Positions 1 through 10,160 of a stretch of DNA of 64,000 nucleotides are shown piece after piece. Origin of the DNA: a virus; the IMG/VR virus record IMGVR_UViG_3300036792_000107, positions 6,715-70,714 of that record. One strand, 5' to 3'. Both the position numbers and the translations under genes were made by a program. Below the pieces are notes generated by a model. That model made no database searches. It was given only the letters and a program-made list of their open reading frames with translations, and was not told where the DNA came from. The first letter of the stretch is position 1. Each line of letters opens with the position of its first letter.

Positions 1-237
1 CCCTGATTACTGTGAAGATATGCAAGGGGAATCGTGACCGTTAAGGCTCCCGATAGCCTAGCCGTTACGCAACTGCTAGAAGCCTACGATCTGACTACCG
101 GCAATGCGGGATGCAGTTTCAGTATGTGCCCCGGCAGTGACGGCAACAAGATCGTAGGAATGCTGACATGTCGCGCGTGCGCTAGCCACATCCTACTGCG
201 CCGCGCGCTAAAGCGAATGGGAATAGAGGTATAACAG

Positions 238-477
238 ATGAACTACCGGCAGATCCTAGACCGTGAGAACGATCTGGTTAACGGCATCACTAAAGCGTAC
301 GCCGAACAAGATTGGAGAATCGCGCTGGAAATGGCGCGTGAGATCGGCAAACTGTACTCACCCGACGACCCCCTAAAGGCCAGTCAGCTAGGATTCATGA
401 TCAGTACATTGGCTAACAGTCAGTGGTTCGCCGCAAAGCAGGACTCAGTACGCCAGCGCTACTCGGCTCAGTTCTAG
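238..477 (+). CDS. hypothetical protein
   Basis: 79-aa ORF in a tightly packed + strand run, GAGG upstream. Confidence 0.6.
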   Translation: MNYRQILDRENDLVNGITKAYAEQDWRIALEMAREIGKLYSPDDPLKASQLGFMISTLANSQWFAAKQDSVRQRYSAQF

Positions 478-485
478 GGGGAATC

Positions 486-830
486 ATGACTGCACTGTCC
501 GTATACACGTTCATGGTCAGCTACAGCGAAAACCGCACAGAGAAGAAACTACCTCAATTCAGCAGTGTAGGCGCATACACAATCTGCTACTACACGAACG
601 GCGGATCTACCCTCTGCGCTAAATGCGCGACGGAAACTATCATCGAATGGCACGACGACCCAGAGGGTACGTACGATCCTCCTACCATGTACGACACCTA
701 CGATGAAGGTCCGACGATTCAGTGTGACGGGTGTAGCGACTCCATCGAATCGTCATACGGAGACCCGGACGCCGACAAACTAGACAGTAACGAATGGCTT
801 ACCGACAGTGAGGACAACGACAGTGAGTGA
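486..830 (+). CDS. hypothetical Zn-binding protein
   Basis: ATG 486 after GGGGGA; two CxxC motifs (CAKC, CDGC), acidic tail. Confidence 0.6.
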   Translation: MTALSVYTFMVSYSENRTEKKLPQFSSVGAYTICYYTNGGSTLCAKCATETIIEWHDDPEGTYDPPTMYDTYDEGPTIQCDGCSDSIESSYGDPDADKLDSNEWLTDSEDNDSE

Positions 831-1155
831 ATCGACTTACGGGTGGCTTATCACCTACGACTCCATCGACAATGAGCCGGACATGAAGACATGCGGCCCC
901 TACAACCTAAGCGCGGGCATGGAAACCAAGCTACGCCAAGCCGTGCGCATAGGACGTGACAAGTACCCCGGCGACGACGTCGAATGGTTCCGTATGTACG
1001 ACGACGACGGGGAGCTGTATTACAGCGGCGTGCGAACGGGTGAATCCGACTACGAACACGGATTCGAACCGCTGGAAGACTACGGCACACCCAACGCCGG
1101 CTGCACGCGCATCGACTACTACAACCCCGACACAAAGACATGGGAGACACTGTAA
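823..1155 (+). CDS. hypothetical phage protein
   Basis: GTG after GAGGA; overlaps both neighbours; FRMYDDDGELYYSG motif. Confidence 0.6.
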   Translation: MSESTYGWLITYDSIDNEPDMKTCGPYNLSAGMETKLRQAVRIGRDKYPGDDVEWFRMYDDDGELYYSGVRTGESDYEHGFEPLEDYGTPNAGCTRIDYYNPDTKTWETL

Positions 1156-1643
1156 TGCGATACAACGCGATCACGGACCACGACGACATCTTCGCGGTCC
1201 CTCAGATGATGATCGATGACACGCCGCTCTGGATCGGCCTGACCGACCTTGGAGCCGACCGCGAACATGACGGCGCTCACAAGTGGGCTTACAGCGTCGC
1301 TACCGGCCCGTGGGACGCCGATGTCCAGTATCAGGGTGAGGACATGCACGGGCCGGTAATGGGTGCTGAGGACCCCGGAGCGATGGTCGTAGCGCTCATG
1401 GGATTCATCGGCGCGTACGGTGACGGTGAACTTCTATGGGATGAGGGGGTAGAACTACGGCACGACGGTGACATCGTCGCAACAGGCGAAACGGCCGAAT
1501 TCATCGTCGGCATAGGCGAACGGTGCAGCATCGCGGCAAACGACCTGGAAGAGGGTTATCTCGAATGGTCGGAAGACCTGCACATCGAAACTAACGGCAT
1601 CCCCGCGCACATCGCCATCGAAACAGGAAAGGTACCGGAATGA
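1155..1643 (+). CDS. hypothetical acidic protein
   Basis: TAATG coupling to the previous gene. Confidence 0.6.
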   Translation: MRYNAITDHDDIFAVPQMMIDDTPLWIGLTDLGADREHDGAHKWAYSVATGPWDADVQYQGEDMHGPVMGAEDPGAMVVALMGFIGAYGDGELLWDEGVELRHDGDIVATGETAEFIVGIGERCSIAANDLEEGYLEWSEDLHIETNGIPAHIAIETGKVPE

Positions 1644-1732
1644 CGCAAGCGCTTATCCTCGCCGGAATAGTGTTCATCGCTGTGTTCCTGATCATGATGG
1701 CCGTACAGGGCGCACTCTAGAAAGGCACGGCA

Positions 1733-2179
1733 ATGAGTCTCCACTACACCACCAACGGTTACGGCGAGATCGCAACCCCGCGCGCCGAATCATGGCCTAG
1801 CTACGCTCTCGCACTCCCCTACGTACTCGGAGACGGGCGCGTATGGGAAATGGCCGAAGAACTGGCCGGCTACATCATCGCCGACGTGCGCACGGTAGAA
1901 GGGCCGGTAGTGTGGCTTACCGGCAACGCGTACATGCCACCGCTACGATCGTTCCCGATCGCTGATCGCGTGTGGAACGCCATGAACAACCGCGACGGGG
2001 AACTATTCGCGTACTTCGCGGAAGTCCTAGAAGAAAAACTCACAGAGGCACACGTTTACATGGGGTGCCCGGACTACGACAATAGTCTGTGGGCATGTGA
2101 CCTGAAAAGATGGGCTTTTCGAGAAGATGCCGACGACGCGGAAAATCTAGAAGACATGTTCGAACGTCGCGCGGAATAA
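1733..2179 (+). CDS. hypothetical protein
   Basis: 148-aa ORF with AAGG RBS. Confidence 0.6.
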   Translation: MSLHYTTNGYGEIATPRAESWPSYALALPYVLGDGRVWEMAEELAGYIIADVRTVEGPVVWLTGNAYMPPLRSFPIADRVWNAMNNRDGELFAYFAEVLEEKLTEAHVYMGCPDYDNSLWACDLKRWAFREDADDAENLEDMFERRAE

Positions 2180-2198
2180 TCCGCCGCGTAAAGACGTT
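2173..2198 (+). promoter_or_regulatory. SigR/SigH-type ECF promoter (leaderless)
   Basis: GGAAT-N18-GTT; ATG at 2208 is 12 nt after the G of GTT. Confidence 0.75.
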
Positions 2199-2207
2199 CT
2201 AGTCTAC

Positions 2208-2714
2208 ATGCCGAGAACAAGCGCCGAACAACTCGCCGTCAAGCGTGAGCGCCGCACTGCATGGATTGCCTCTCAAGGTGGCAAGTGCGTACAGTGCGGC
2301 GCTACAGACTCTCTAGAGATCGATCACCTAGAACGCGCTTCCAAAGAGTATGAAGCGGACTACCTTTGGTCACTACACCCCGACAACCCTCTAGTGACTA
2401 CGGAGCTAGCCAAATGTCAACTCCTATGCCGCAAGTGTCACCGATCCAAAACAAACCTAGAAATGCAAACAGCCGAACACGGTACCCTAAGTAAGTATCA
2501 AGGAGGGTGCCGCTGTATCCCATGCACGGAAGCTAACGCAGAACGCCAGCGTATTTACTGGCGTGAGCGCGGTAGGTCCGCGTTCAAGCCAACCGAACAC
2601 GGTAAACCCGGTATGTACAACACTCGCAAATGCAAGTGCGATGCGTGTCGTGCAGCTAAGAAAGCCTACGCTGAGGCATACCGCGCACGTAAAGCACAAG
2701 GGGAGAACAGCTAA
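2208..2714 (+). CDS. HNH endonuclease
   Basis: CVQC...EIDH...CQLLCRKCH plus two EHG..Y..CxCxxC repeats. Confidence 0.85.
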   Translation: MPRTSAEQLAVKRERRTAWIASQGGKCVQCGATDSLEIDHLERASKEYEADYLWSLHPDNPLVTTELAKCQLLCRKCHRSKTNLEMQTAEHGTLSKYQGGCRCIPCTEANAERQRIYWRERGRSAFKPTEHGKPGMYNTRKCKCDACRAAKKAYAEAYRARKAQGENS

Positions 2715-3029
2715 TGAGGATTAAGACGATCGTGGCCGCTACCCTCACGGTAGCGGCCACAGCCGCATACGGGTACCGCGAAGCCTACAGGTACAGGCAC
2801 GGCATTAACTCGCATCCGCCGGTAGAAGCCGCGTTCATCGCGCGCTGGCAGTCCCGTAAGCTGCATGCGGAGGCAGAGAAAATATGCCGTTCTATGGCTC
2901 ACTGAACCAGCGATGGTGTACCGACTGCGGCGAACCAATCCACAAGCTAATGGCCTTTTGGTGGTCGGACTACGGCCGCCGCTGCATTACCGGAAGCCTC
3001 TACCACATACCGATGAAAGAGGGTAAGTG

Positions 3030-3395
3030 ATGGCGTTCGAATTCCAAGAACCGACTATCGTCTCTATCTGTGTCGATTGCGTGTATTTCAACGCATACGG
3101 CCGACTAGACGACACGACTATGGCAAACGACCGAAACGCGGCGGAAAAGCACAAGCAGAACATAGCCGCTAACGGCTGGAAGTGGGGGACAGAGTTCACG
3201 CCGGGATGCGGGAAGGAATGCCCCGAACACGGAATCGCCGCTTACGACAGTGCAGAAGCCTACGAACAAGCACAGCTAGAGGACAGCGCCGAATCCGAGC
3301 CGTGGTTCTCATGGTCCGCGTGCGAGCAGTGCGGAAGCACGCTAGGCGGCGACCGCGAGCACGCTACGGCGTGGGAGTATAAGGAACCAGAATGA
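3030..3395 (+). CDS. hypothetical Cys-rich protein
   Basis: CVDC, CGKEC and FSWSACEQCGS motifs. Confidence 0.65.
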   Translation: MAFEFQEPTIVSICVDCVYFNAYGRLDDTTMANDRNAAEKHKQNIAANGWKWGTEFTPGCGKECPEHGIAAYDSAEAYEQAQLEDSAESEPWFSWSACEQCGSTLGGDREHATAWEYKEPE

Positions 3396-4194
3396 CACGA
3401 GAAAAACTCTACAGCGTCAACCTGTACGCGGAAGGCGGTCGTTACCGCTATGACGTGACGGCACCTAGCCAAAAAGAAGCGCTATTCCTCGCCGGAATGG
3501 TTTTCGGCTCCGAGCACCCGGATTTCGACCGGGAAAATCTGGAATTCAAGGTGACCGTGGAGTGAGCGATCTAGACAAGCTTTACCCCGTGCGGGTTATC
3601 GACGCGGATAACGGCTGGATAGTCCAGCGCTGCAAGGACGCGAAAGAGGCCGCGTGGTTTCTCGGCTACCTCGCCGAACACGGAGGCAACTACATACGCG
3701 CCAAAGTCGAATACAACGGCTACCGTATCGAAAGGGCCGCAAAATGAGCGCAAAAGTCTGGCATCACCCTAAGCACGGCTTTTTCACGGTCGCCACGCAG
3801 AACTTCACCGTCCGCTACTTCAACGGTCGCAAATACCACATCTTCGACCGCATAGAGCACTACGTCCACCCGAACGGCCACGTGTGCGACTTCTCACTCC
3901 ACACTGTCGGCGTACGGCTAGACGGCGAATGGAACCACATTCGCTGGTCGGAAAGAAGTGGTGACGCGTGAATCTAATCGAGCTAACCGACGATCAGGTT
4001 ACCGGCCTGTTCCCGGTCCAAGGGTGGCGCATGAAATGCAGACTGCGCGACGACCTCCCCAAGAAAGAGCGCGTACACAAATTCGTGCTACGCGGCTGCG
4101 AACAGCGCAACTCCGGAACTGATCTCGGCTACATCTACGGCTGGGTATTCGCATGTGTACGGTGCGGCCATGACCGATTCAAGAAAGATCTCCC

Positions 4195-4419
4195 GTGAGG
4201 AACTACAGCGAAAACCCGAACTACTACCCCGACCAGATTAACCCGTTCACATCCCCGCAGCGATTCCTGCCCGCAGAGGTAAGGATCTTCGAAGCGGGCA
4301 AGTGTTCCCGACTTACGCCGCACGGAATGCCGTGGAACATGTACTGTGAACAGCCGAGTAAGCCGGGGGCGGATTTCGGCTACTGCGAGCACCACGCAAC
4401 AGAAAGGGAAACGGAATGA
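4195..4419 (+). CDS. small Zn-finger-like protein (paralog A)
   Basis: IFEAGKC...GMPW..YC...ADFGYCEHH. Confidence 0.65.
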   Translation: MRNYSENPNYYPDQINPFTSPQRFLPAEVRIFEAGKCSRLTPHGMPWNMYCEQPSKPGADFGYCEHHATERETE

Positions 4420-4751
4420 GCGGCGTAGGCTACATCGCCCCAACCGAATGGGGGCTGTCGCTTTTCACCGACGACGGTGAACTAGTGGCGTCATGTAATC
4501 CTTCAAAGAAGAAAGGGCTTATCAATCTTAGCCGTGAACTAGAGAACGGCCCATATTACAAAGGCCAGATGAACCCGGCGACACAACCCGACAGGTTCAC
4601 CGACGACGAGATAGAGATATTCGACGCGGGTAAGTGCGGCTACCAAACGGCTTACGGAATGCCGTGGACCGCATACTGCAAAGAGCCGTCAGTACCGAAC
4701 GCAGATTTCGGCTACTGCGCGGAACATTCCGACTCGGAGAACTGTGGATAA
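4416..4751 (+). CDS. small Zn-finger-like protein (paralog B)
   Basis: IFDAGKC...GMPW..YC...ADFGYCAEH; ATGA overlap with paralog A. Confidence 0.65.
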   Translation: MSGVGYIAPTEWGLSLFTDDGELVASCNPSKKKGLINLSRELENGPYYKGQMNPATQPDRFTDDEIEIFDAGKCGYQTAYGMPWTAYCKEPSVPNADFGYCAEHSDSENCG

Positions 4752-4857
4752 CATATTCCGCCTCGCCCACGGCGAATTCATCGAGATCGTCCTCCCGAAC
4801 GGCAATTCCGTCTGGGTTTTCTGGGACGGCAAAATACAGCGAACAAAGGACAAGTAA

Positions 4858-5301
4858 ATGCGAATTCACACCTCACTCACCTACAGCGACATGTGGGCCA
4901 TGCTGGTAGCCGCTAAGCAAGCGGGCAAGATCACGCAGGACATCGATTTCACGGCCAACAGCATGTACGGCTCCAAGAGCCATCTCCGTGCGTTCGAGAT
5001 CCAGCTAGGCACCTACGACAAGCACTCACTACCCCCCGGCACGAAAGACCCGCGCGGGAAGGCGTACCGCGTCCGGAGATTCAAGAACAGCGGCAAGAGC
5101 GGCGCGTACTCGGACGGCGGGGGAGGGCCGTTCGGACGCTGTGACGAGAGCGTGTACGCGGCCACCTACGACGAGTGGGGATGGTTCCTCGCCTACCTGT
5201 TCGCGGCCGACCGTCTCGCCAAGGCGGGAATATACGACGGCGCGGCCGACTTCCAGCGTAAGACCGACTACAAGTTCCGATTTGAGGGGGAATCTAAGTG
5301 A
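4858..5301 (+). CDS. hypothetical phage protein
   Basis: AAGGA RBS; YAATYDEWGWFLA motif. Confidence 0.65.
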   Translation: MRIHTSLTYSDMWAMLVAAKQAGKITQDIDFTANSMYGSKSHLRAFEIQLGTYDKHSLPPGTKDPRGKAYRVRRFKNSGKSGAYSDGGGGPFGRCDESVYAATYDEWGWFLAYLFAADRLAKAGIYDGAADFQRKTDYKFRFEGESK

Positions 5302-5476
5302 CCGACGAGTACCCACCGGACGGTGAACCGTTCCAGATCAGCAGCGAAGCAATCGACCTGCTGTACCGCGCGGTGAGCACGGGCCGCGTGCTGAGTACCC
5401 TCGAACGGCACCGCGCGCTGCGAGCGATAGATTTCATCGCGCAGGCAACTCTAGTCGTACCGCTGGAGGATCAAGA

Positions 5477-5749
5477 ATGACCTATACGTGGAAGCTGGAA
5501 ATCACGTTCGGGTACGACTCACCGGGCTACCGGGAACAGCCCGGCGGTGACGCGGCGGAATTCTACCAGCACGTACTCCGGCAGTGGTGCGTGGATGAGG
5601 ACGACCTGGAGCCCGGCGAACTGACGCGTACCGAAGAGACGGTCACCATCCAGGCCGACATGCTTGACTACCTGCACGGCCTGATCCTCTGGTCGATCAT
5701 GCACACCATCCCGACGCGCCTGGAACTGACGCGCCTAACCGACGAGTGA
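5477..5749 (+). CDS. hypothetical protein
   Basis: GGAGG RBS, ATGA overlap. Confidence 0.6.
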   Translation: MTYTWKLEITFGYDSPGYREQPGGDAAEFYQHVLRQWCVDEDDLEPGELTRTEETVTIQADMLDYLHGLILWSIMHTIPTRLELTRLTDE

Positions 5750-5755
5750 GGGACA

Positions 5756-6028
5756 GTGAACAGGTTCGTTATCCTGTACGCCGACAACAGCGTCAAAGAC
5801 GCTCACGAACGCACTGTGTCGAACATGCTGGACATGGAAGACACGGGAGCGATGGAGGGGGTTGTAGGCATCTACGCGGCCGATGAGCGGTCAAAGCTAG
5901 CACAGATCGCTGTAGCCGAGCAGCGTAACTACAACGGCTTCGACGCGGAAGCCAGCGTCTACTACGCCAGCGCGAGGCTCACGGCCGGCAAGCGGCTGGT
6001 GGGATACGCCCACTACACGCACCACTAA
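5756..6028 (+). CDS. hypothetical protein
   Basis: GAGGGA RBS, GTG start. Confidence 0.6.
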   Translation: MNRFVILYADNSVKDAHERTVSNMLDMEDTGAMEGVVGIYAADERSKLAQIAVAEQRNYNGFDAEASVYYASARLTAGKRLVGYAHYTHH

Positions 6029-6044
6029 CCACACGGGGGTAAAC

Positions 6045-6344
6045 ATGAGCGAACCGTACTACAACGAATGGAACCAGGAACCGGAAGAATTCTACCCGGA
6101 CTACGACGACGAACCGGATGAATTCTCCCCGTACACCAGCGATGACGATGACGGGGAAGAAGCGCCCTACTGGAACAACGGGTCGGCCGACTACGACGTC
6201 TGGCCTGCTGCCGACGAAGAGGCCGTAGAATCCCCGCACGTCCACAACGACGAACTGTACGACGCCGTATCGGACGAAGAATGGCCCGAATCACCGACCG
6301 ACTGGCGGCTCGGAGAGCCCGCCGGAGACGAGAACTGGAGCTGA
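6045..6344 (+). CDS. highly acidic small protein
   Basis: about 34 D/E in 99 aa, one R, no K. Confidence 0.65.
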   Translation: MSEPYYNEWNQEPEEFYPDYDDEPDEFSPYTSDDDDGEEAPYWNNGSADYDVWPAADEEAVESPHVHNDELYDAVSDEEWPESPTDWRLGEPAGDENWS

Positions 6345-6458
6345 CGCCCATGCTGCTGGCCGACGACATGACCGAAGAGGAACTGCTGGAAGCGGTAACC
6401 GAGCAGCACGCCCTCGCCGCCATCCCGCGCCCGCGCGCCGCCACGGAGGAAAACTGAC

Positions 6459-6890
6459 ATGAAGGAAATCTGGCCGCTGCACGGCGACGACACTCTTATC
6501 CAGGTCGATGACAAGACGTGGAATCTCATCAAGAACAGCGCGGGGCTCGACCTGCCAGACGACTCGATGTGGGAATTCGCACGGAAGCTCATCCTCTCCG
6601 ACCGCGAAGCCACGCAGGTACGCGAGCGTCACGCACGCGGCGACTACGGCCCTGAACTGCGCGATGTACTCGCCAGCGCCCTGAACATCATCGACCGCAC
6701 AGACGGCGACTCGTACCACATAGCCGAGCACATCACCGACAAGGTCCACGACATGATGGAGGACGGCTTTACCCAAGACGGGGTAGGCGCCATGCAGCAC
6801 AGCTACAACCTGCTCACCAACGAACTCCAGAAGACCACGGAGATGGCCGTCAAGCTGGGAGGGCTCATCCGCGAACTCAAGGGGGAATAA
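6459..6890 (+). CDS. hypothetical protein
   Basis: GGAGG RBS; helical/coiled C-terminus. Confidence 0.65.
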   Translation: MKEIWPLHGDDTLIQVDDKTWNLIKNSAGLDLPDDSMWEFARKLILSDREATQVRERHARGDYGPELRDVLASALNIIDRTDGDSYHIAEHITDKVHDMMEDGFTQDGVGAMQHSYNLLTNELQKTTEMAVKLGGLIRELKGE

Positions 6891-6909
6891 ACACTCTCCG
6901 TAAGCTGTT
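6884..6909 (+). promoter_or_regulatory. SigR/SigH-type ECF promoter
   Basis: GGAAT-N18-GTTAC, followed by a leader hairpin. Confidence 0.7.
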
Positions 6910-6990
6910 ACGACGATTGCGGTCACGGGCCGTCCGAGTCGCGTGGAAGGCGATTCGGGCGGCTCTCGCGTAACCCTGGAGGGGGTAACA

Positions 6991-8124
6991 ATGAGCAGCA
7001 CAGAGCTAGACTACGCGCGCAAGCTTGTTGCGAGCGCGCTGTACGCTCCAGACCACTACGCCGACGTAATCGCCGTAGCGTGCGCGCTAACCCACAAGAT
7101 CGATGACGTGGACAGCGCGCCGCGCATCCTCGCACTGGGACTGAAGGGAAGCGGCAAGTCAACGATCCTGAAGATCGCCTACCGGCTGGCCGCGAACGCA
7201 ACGCCGCCTACCGGCGTCAAGGCGATGACCGGCCCGAGCTACGTGGCCGACTTCCGGATGAACCCGCGATCGACCCACCTGCTGGACGAAGTGAACCAGC
7301 TTTTCGGGGAAGCCGGCAGCAACGGCAAGAGCAGCCAGTTCTACACCTACCTGAACCAGGGATACCTGCGGGACACGGCGTACGCCCAGTACCAGGAAAA
7401 CCGCGTGAAGATGCAGATTCCGATCTTCGGCGTCGTGTTCATGGCCGGCCTGGGGCTCGGATGCCCTGACGACACCCGCGACCGTTCGGTCGTCCTGAAG
7501 ATGGAGTCCGCGCCGGCCCACGTCGAAGTTGCGGACTTCTCGCTCAAGGAGACGAAGGAAGCATTCGACTACGCGGGCCGGATGCTTGCCTCGTGGGTCT
7601 CGCGCGTGCCGAAGCTGAACGTGTCCGCGTGCCGTGGACTTCACCCGAAGCTGAACCACCGCCGTATGGAAGTCTGGGGTCCGCTGTTCGCGGTGGCAAT
7701 GGCCGCTGACGAAGGCGAACCGGGCGAGTGGACAAAGCGCATACTAACAGCGTTCGAACGAATCGAACTGAACGACGGCGTGCCGGTATATGCACCCGAG
7801 GATCAGATCCTGCTGGACTATCTGGACTTCTACCACCAGAAGCCTATGGACGGCGTCCCGTCCGGCGCGTTCGCGGAGTACGCACACAACCAAAAGCACG
7901 GCGCATACTCCGGTATGAAGCCGGGCCAGTTTAAGCAGTTCGCGGTCAAGATCTTGGGGCCTACTGCCCCATTCTACAATGTAGAAACGCAGGGGATGCT
8001 GCGGGGATGGTCGCACGATATCCACAATATGAACCTCCGCCACGCTCAGGCCCGTAAAGCCGAGCTAGAAGCTGAAAAGCGCCAAGATTCGGGCGAAAAG
8101 GAGGACTGGTCTGAGGAATTCTAA
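6991..8124 (+). CDS. P-loop ATPase (DUF3631-like architecture)
   Basis: Walker A GLKGSGKST, Walker B LLDEV, DRSVV arginine-finger-like segment; ATG after GGAGGGGGT. Confidence 0.75.
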   Translation: MSSTELDYARKLVASALYAPDHYADVIAVACALTHKIDDVDSAPRILALGLKGSGKSTILKIAYRLAANATPPTGVKAMTGPSYVADFRMNPRSTHLLDEVNQLFGEAGSNGKSSQFYTYLNQGYLRDTAYAQYQENRVKMQIPIFGVVFMAGLGLGCPDDTRDRSVVLKMESAPAHVEVADFSLKETKEAFDYAGRMLASWVSRVPKLNVSACRGLHPKLNHRRMEVWGPLFAVAMAADEGEPGEWTKRILTAFERIELNDGVPVYAPEDQILLDYLDFYHQKPMDGVPSGAFAEYAHNQKHGAYSGMKPGQFKQFAVKILGPTAPFYNVETQGMLRGWSHDIHNMNLRHAQARKAELEAEKRQDSGEKEDWSEEF

Positions 8125-8162
8125 TACAGAAATACGTAAATACGGATCGGAGGGAGGAAACG

Positions 8163-8750
8163 ATGAAGCACGACCTGTACCGTCACTACGACACCGACGA
8201 AAACCTACTGTATATCGGCCGTACAGTACGGGGCGTAAAGCGCGCCAACGAACACGCACGGGACAAATCGTGGTGGGATGAAGTAGTGGTCACTCGCTAC
8301 GAAAAATTCGATAGCCTCGCGGAGCTGAAAGAAGCCGAGAAAAAAGCGATCCGCGAGGAAAATCCCTTGTACAACAAGCAGCGTTATCGCCTGACGACAG
8401 TAAAAACACATACGCGTCTAACGCGACAGAAAAAGCGCTTGGTATCTAGCGGCGTCTACAAGAAAGAATGCATCAATAGCCTCTATGTCACTTACTTCTC
8501 TCTCGGAGAAGACCAAAAGTCCGTAAGGTCTGGACTTCTCGCGCAGATAGCCTACCCAGTCGTGACCCGGATACAGCCGATGCAACCCGGGCAATTCAAA
8601 CAATTCGCAGTTAAGGTACTCGGGCCGACTACACCGTATTACGACGGTGAGAAGACGGTTCGCGGCTGGACGGGCGTCGTTCACACCACGAACCTTCACG
8701 AAGCCGAGATAGCTCTAAAGGAGATGGAAGATGCCCGCACAACGCCCTAA
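8163..8750 (+). CDS. GIY-YIG nuclease fused to a copy of the ATPase C-terminal domain
   Basis: LYRHYD..NLLYIGRT...R..EH...E..AI...P.YN; C-terminal MQPGQFKQFAVKVLGPT. Confidence 0.8.
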   Translation: MKHDLYRHYDTDENLLYIGRTVRGVKRANEHARDKSWWDEVVVTRYEKFDSLAELKEAEKKAIREENPLYNKQRYRLTTVKTHTRLTRQKKRLVSSGVYKKECINSLYVTYFSLGEDQKSVRSGLLAQIAYPVVTRIQPMQPGQFKQFAVKVLGPTTPYYDGEKTVRGWTGVVHTTNLHEAEIALKEMEDARTTP

Positions 8751-8949
8751 GGACACGTTCCGAGTCCACGCGCTAGCAGCAGCGAAGAAGCCGAAGCGGA
8801 AGGATGCACCCAAGCACGGTGAAGTGACGGTCAAGCGCGTCAACCCGGAAGCGCTGGCCCTCGCGCGGAATATCGCTCACGGCCGGGATGTTCACGTGGA
8901 GGTACGGCCTGACGGCACGATCGACATCGTCAACGGCAGCAAGCACTAG
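8731..8949 (+). CDS. small basic hypothetical protein
   Basis: 72-aa K/R-rich ORF. Confidence 0.5.
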   Translation: MPAQRPKDTFRVHALAAAKKPKRKDAPKHGEVTVKRVNPEALALARNIAHGRDVHVEVRPDGTIDIVNGSKH

Positions 8950-9175
8950 AAGGAGAAAACATGAACCCGTTCGAGAACCTGGAAGCACAGAGGCAAGTCA
9001 CCGAGATAGCGAGGCTCGTCATGTTCTCGCCGTTCGAGGAGGCCGCGCTCACTGAGCTGATGAAGGTGATGCAACCGGGTCACCCCTTCCCGAAGGAACC
9101 CGGACTAAGCGCCAACGGCCCGTTCGGGGGCTACCTGATCGCCTACGACCCCTCCCTCGAAGAGGGAGACAGCGA

Positions 9176-9361
9176 ATGACCGACTTGATCATCCGGCGAA
9201 CCATAGATCTCGTCTTCAGCGCGGTAGCAGCTGTCATCGGCGCGCAGATCGTGGACTGGGGACTGTCCGCCATGCACGTCAACGTCGGCCTGGAAGGACC
9301 GTACGCCATCCTCATGGCACTGTCCCTGGTCATCGTCGCCGCAACCCCGACCCGGAAGTGA
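9176..9361 (+). CDS. small membrane protein
   Basis: two hydrophobic segments; GAGGGAG RBS. Confidence 0.6.
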   Translation: MTDLIIRRTIDLVFSAVAAVIGAQIVDWGLSAMHVNVGLEGPYAILMALSLVIVAATPTRK

Positions 9362-9368
9362 GGAACGA

Positions 9369-9680
9369 ATGTCAAACTACAGCGATGCCTGGCAAAATGG
9401 GATCACCCTTACCAAGGAGGTCCCCGTGCCGGAAGCCACAGTCCCCAGCGAATCGGAGCTGCACGCGCTCACCGGCCTGCCGGAGTTCCAGAGGCTTGAC
9501 CCGGAAACGGCACTCCAGGCGTGCGACGGCCACGCCAGCGGCGGCGTCACCGCGCTGGTGGCCATGAAGCTCCCCAGCGGCTTCTACGTCCTGCTGTGCG
9601 GGCACTGCGCCCGTAAGGCGGGCTACGAGCACACAGCTACTACACCGCCCGAAAACCGATCGATCGGATCTGACCACTAG
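9369..9680 (+). CDS. hypothetical Zn-binding protein
   Basis: CDGH...LCGHC; GAGGA RBS. Confidence 0.6.
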   Translation: MSNYSDAWQNGITLTKEVPVPEATVPSESELHALTGLPEFQRLDPETALQACDGHASGGVTALVAMKLPSGFYVLLCGHCARKAGYEHTATTPPENRSIGSDH

Positions 9681-9929
9681 ATGTACGCCGGCATCGGGCG
9701 GGGTGGGGCGGCTATCGCCCCCCTCGCCCTTATCTTTTACGTCCTCCTGCTCCCGTTCTGGGTACTGTGGGCCGCTTTCGTCATACTGGGAGCCGTCATC
9801 CGAACCGCCTACGCGCTGGGCTGCTGGTACGCCCAGTACCGCAGCGACCTGGCGGAAGCCCGGAACGAACCCGAACTTCCCGGCAACCTGCCGATGCCCC
9901 CGACCTCACCCGTCATCCGTAAGTTCTAG
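9681..9929 (+). CDS. membrane protein
   Basis: long hydrophobic N-terminal stretch. Confidence 0.55.
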   Translation: MYAGIGRGGAAIAPLALIFYVLLLPFWVLWAAFVILGAVIRTAYALGCWYAQYRSDLAEARNEPELPGNLPMPPTSPVIRKF

Positions 9930-10125
9930 AAAGGCCAAACTCATGATGATCCTGTTCTCGCTCCTCCGCATGGGTATACGCGCCAGCCAGAACGCGCAGA
10001 ACACCCAGAACTCTCAGCCGTCCCCGACCTACAGCTCCGAGGGAGAGGCATTCCTGTACGCGCTGCTCTCCGGAGTGATCGTCGTCATCCTCGTGGCCCT
10101 GGTCGGTCACCACGTCATCTAGCCC

Positions 10126-10151
10126 GGAATACTCACGCTGCCAGCGGGGTT
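10126..10151 (+). promoter_or_regulatory. SigR/SigH-type ECF promoter (leaderless)
   Basis: GGAAT-N18-GTT; ATG 10161 at +12. Confidence 0.75.
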
Positions 10152-10160
10152 AGGACGGTC

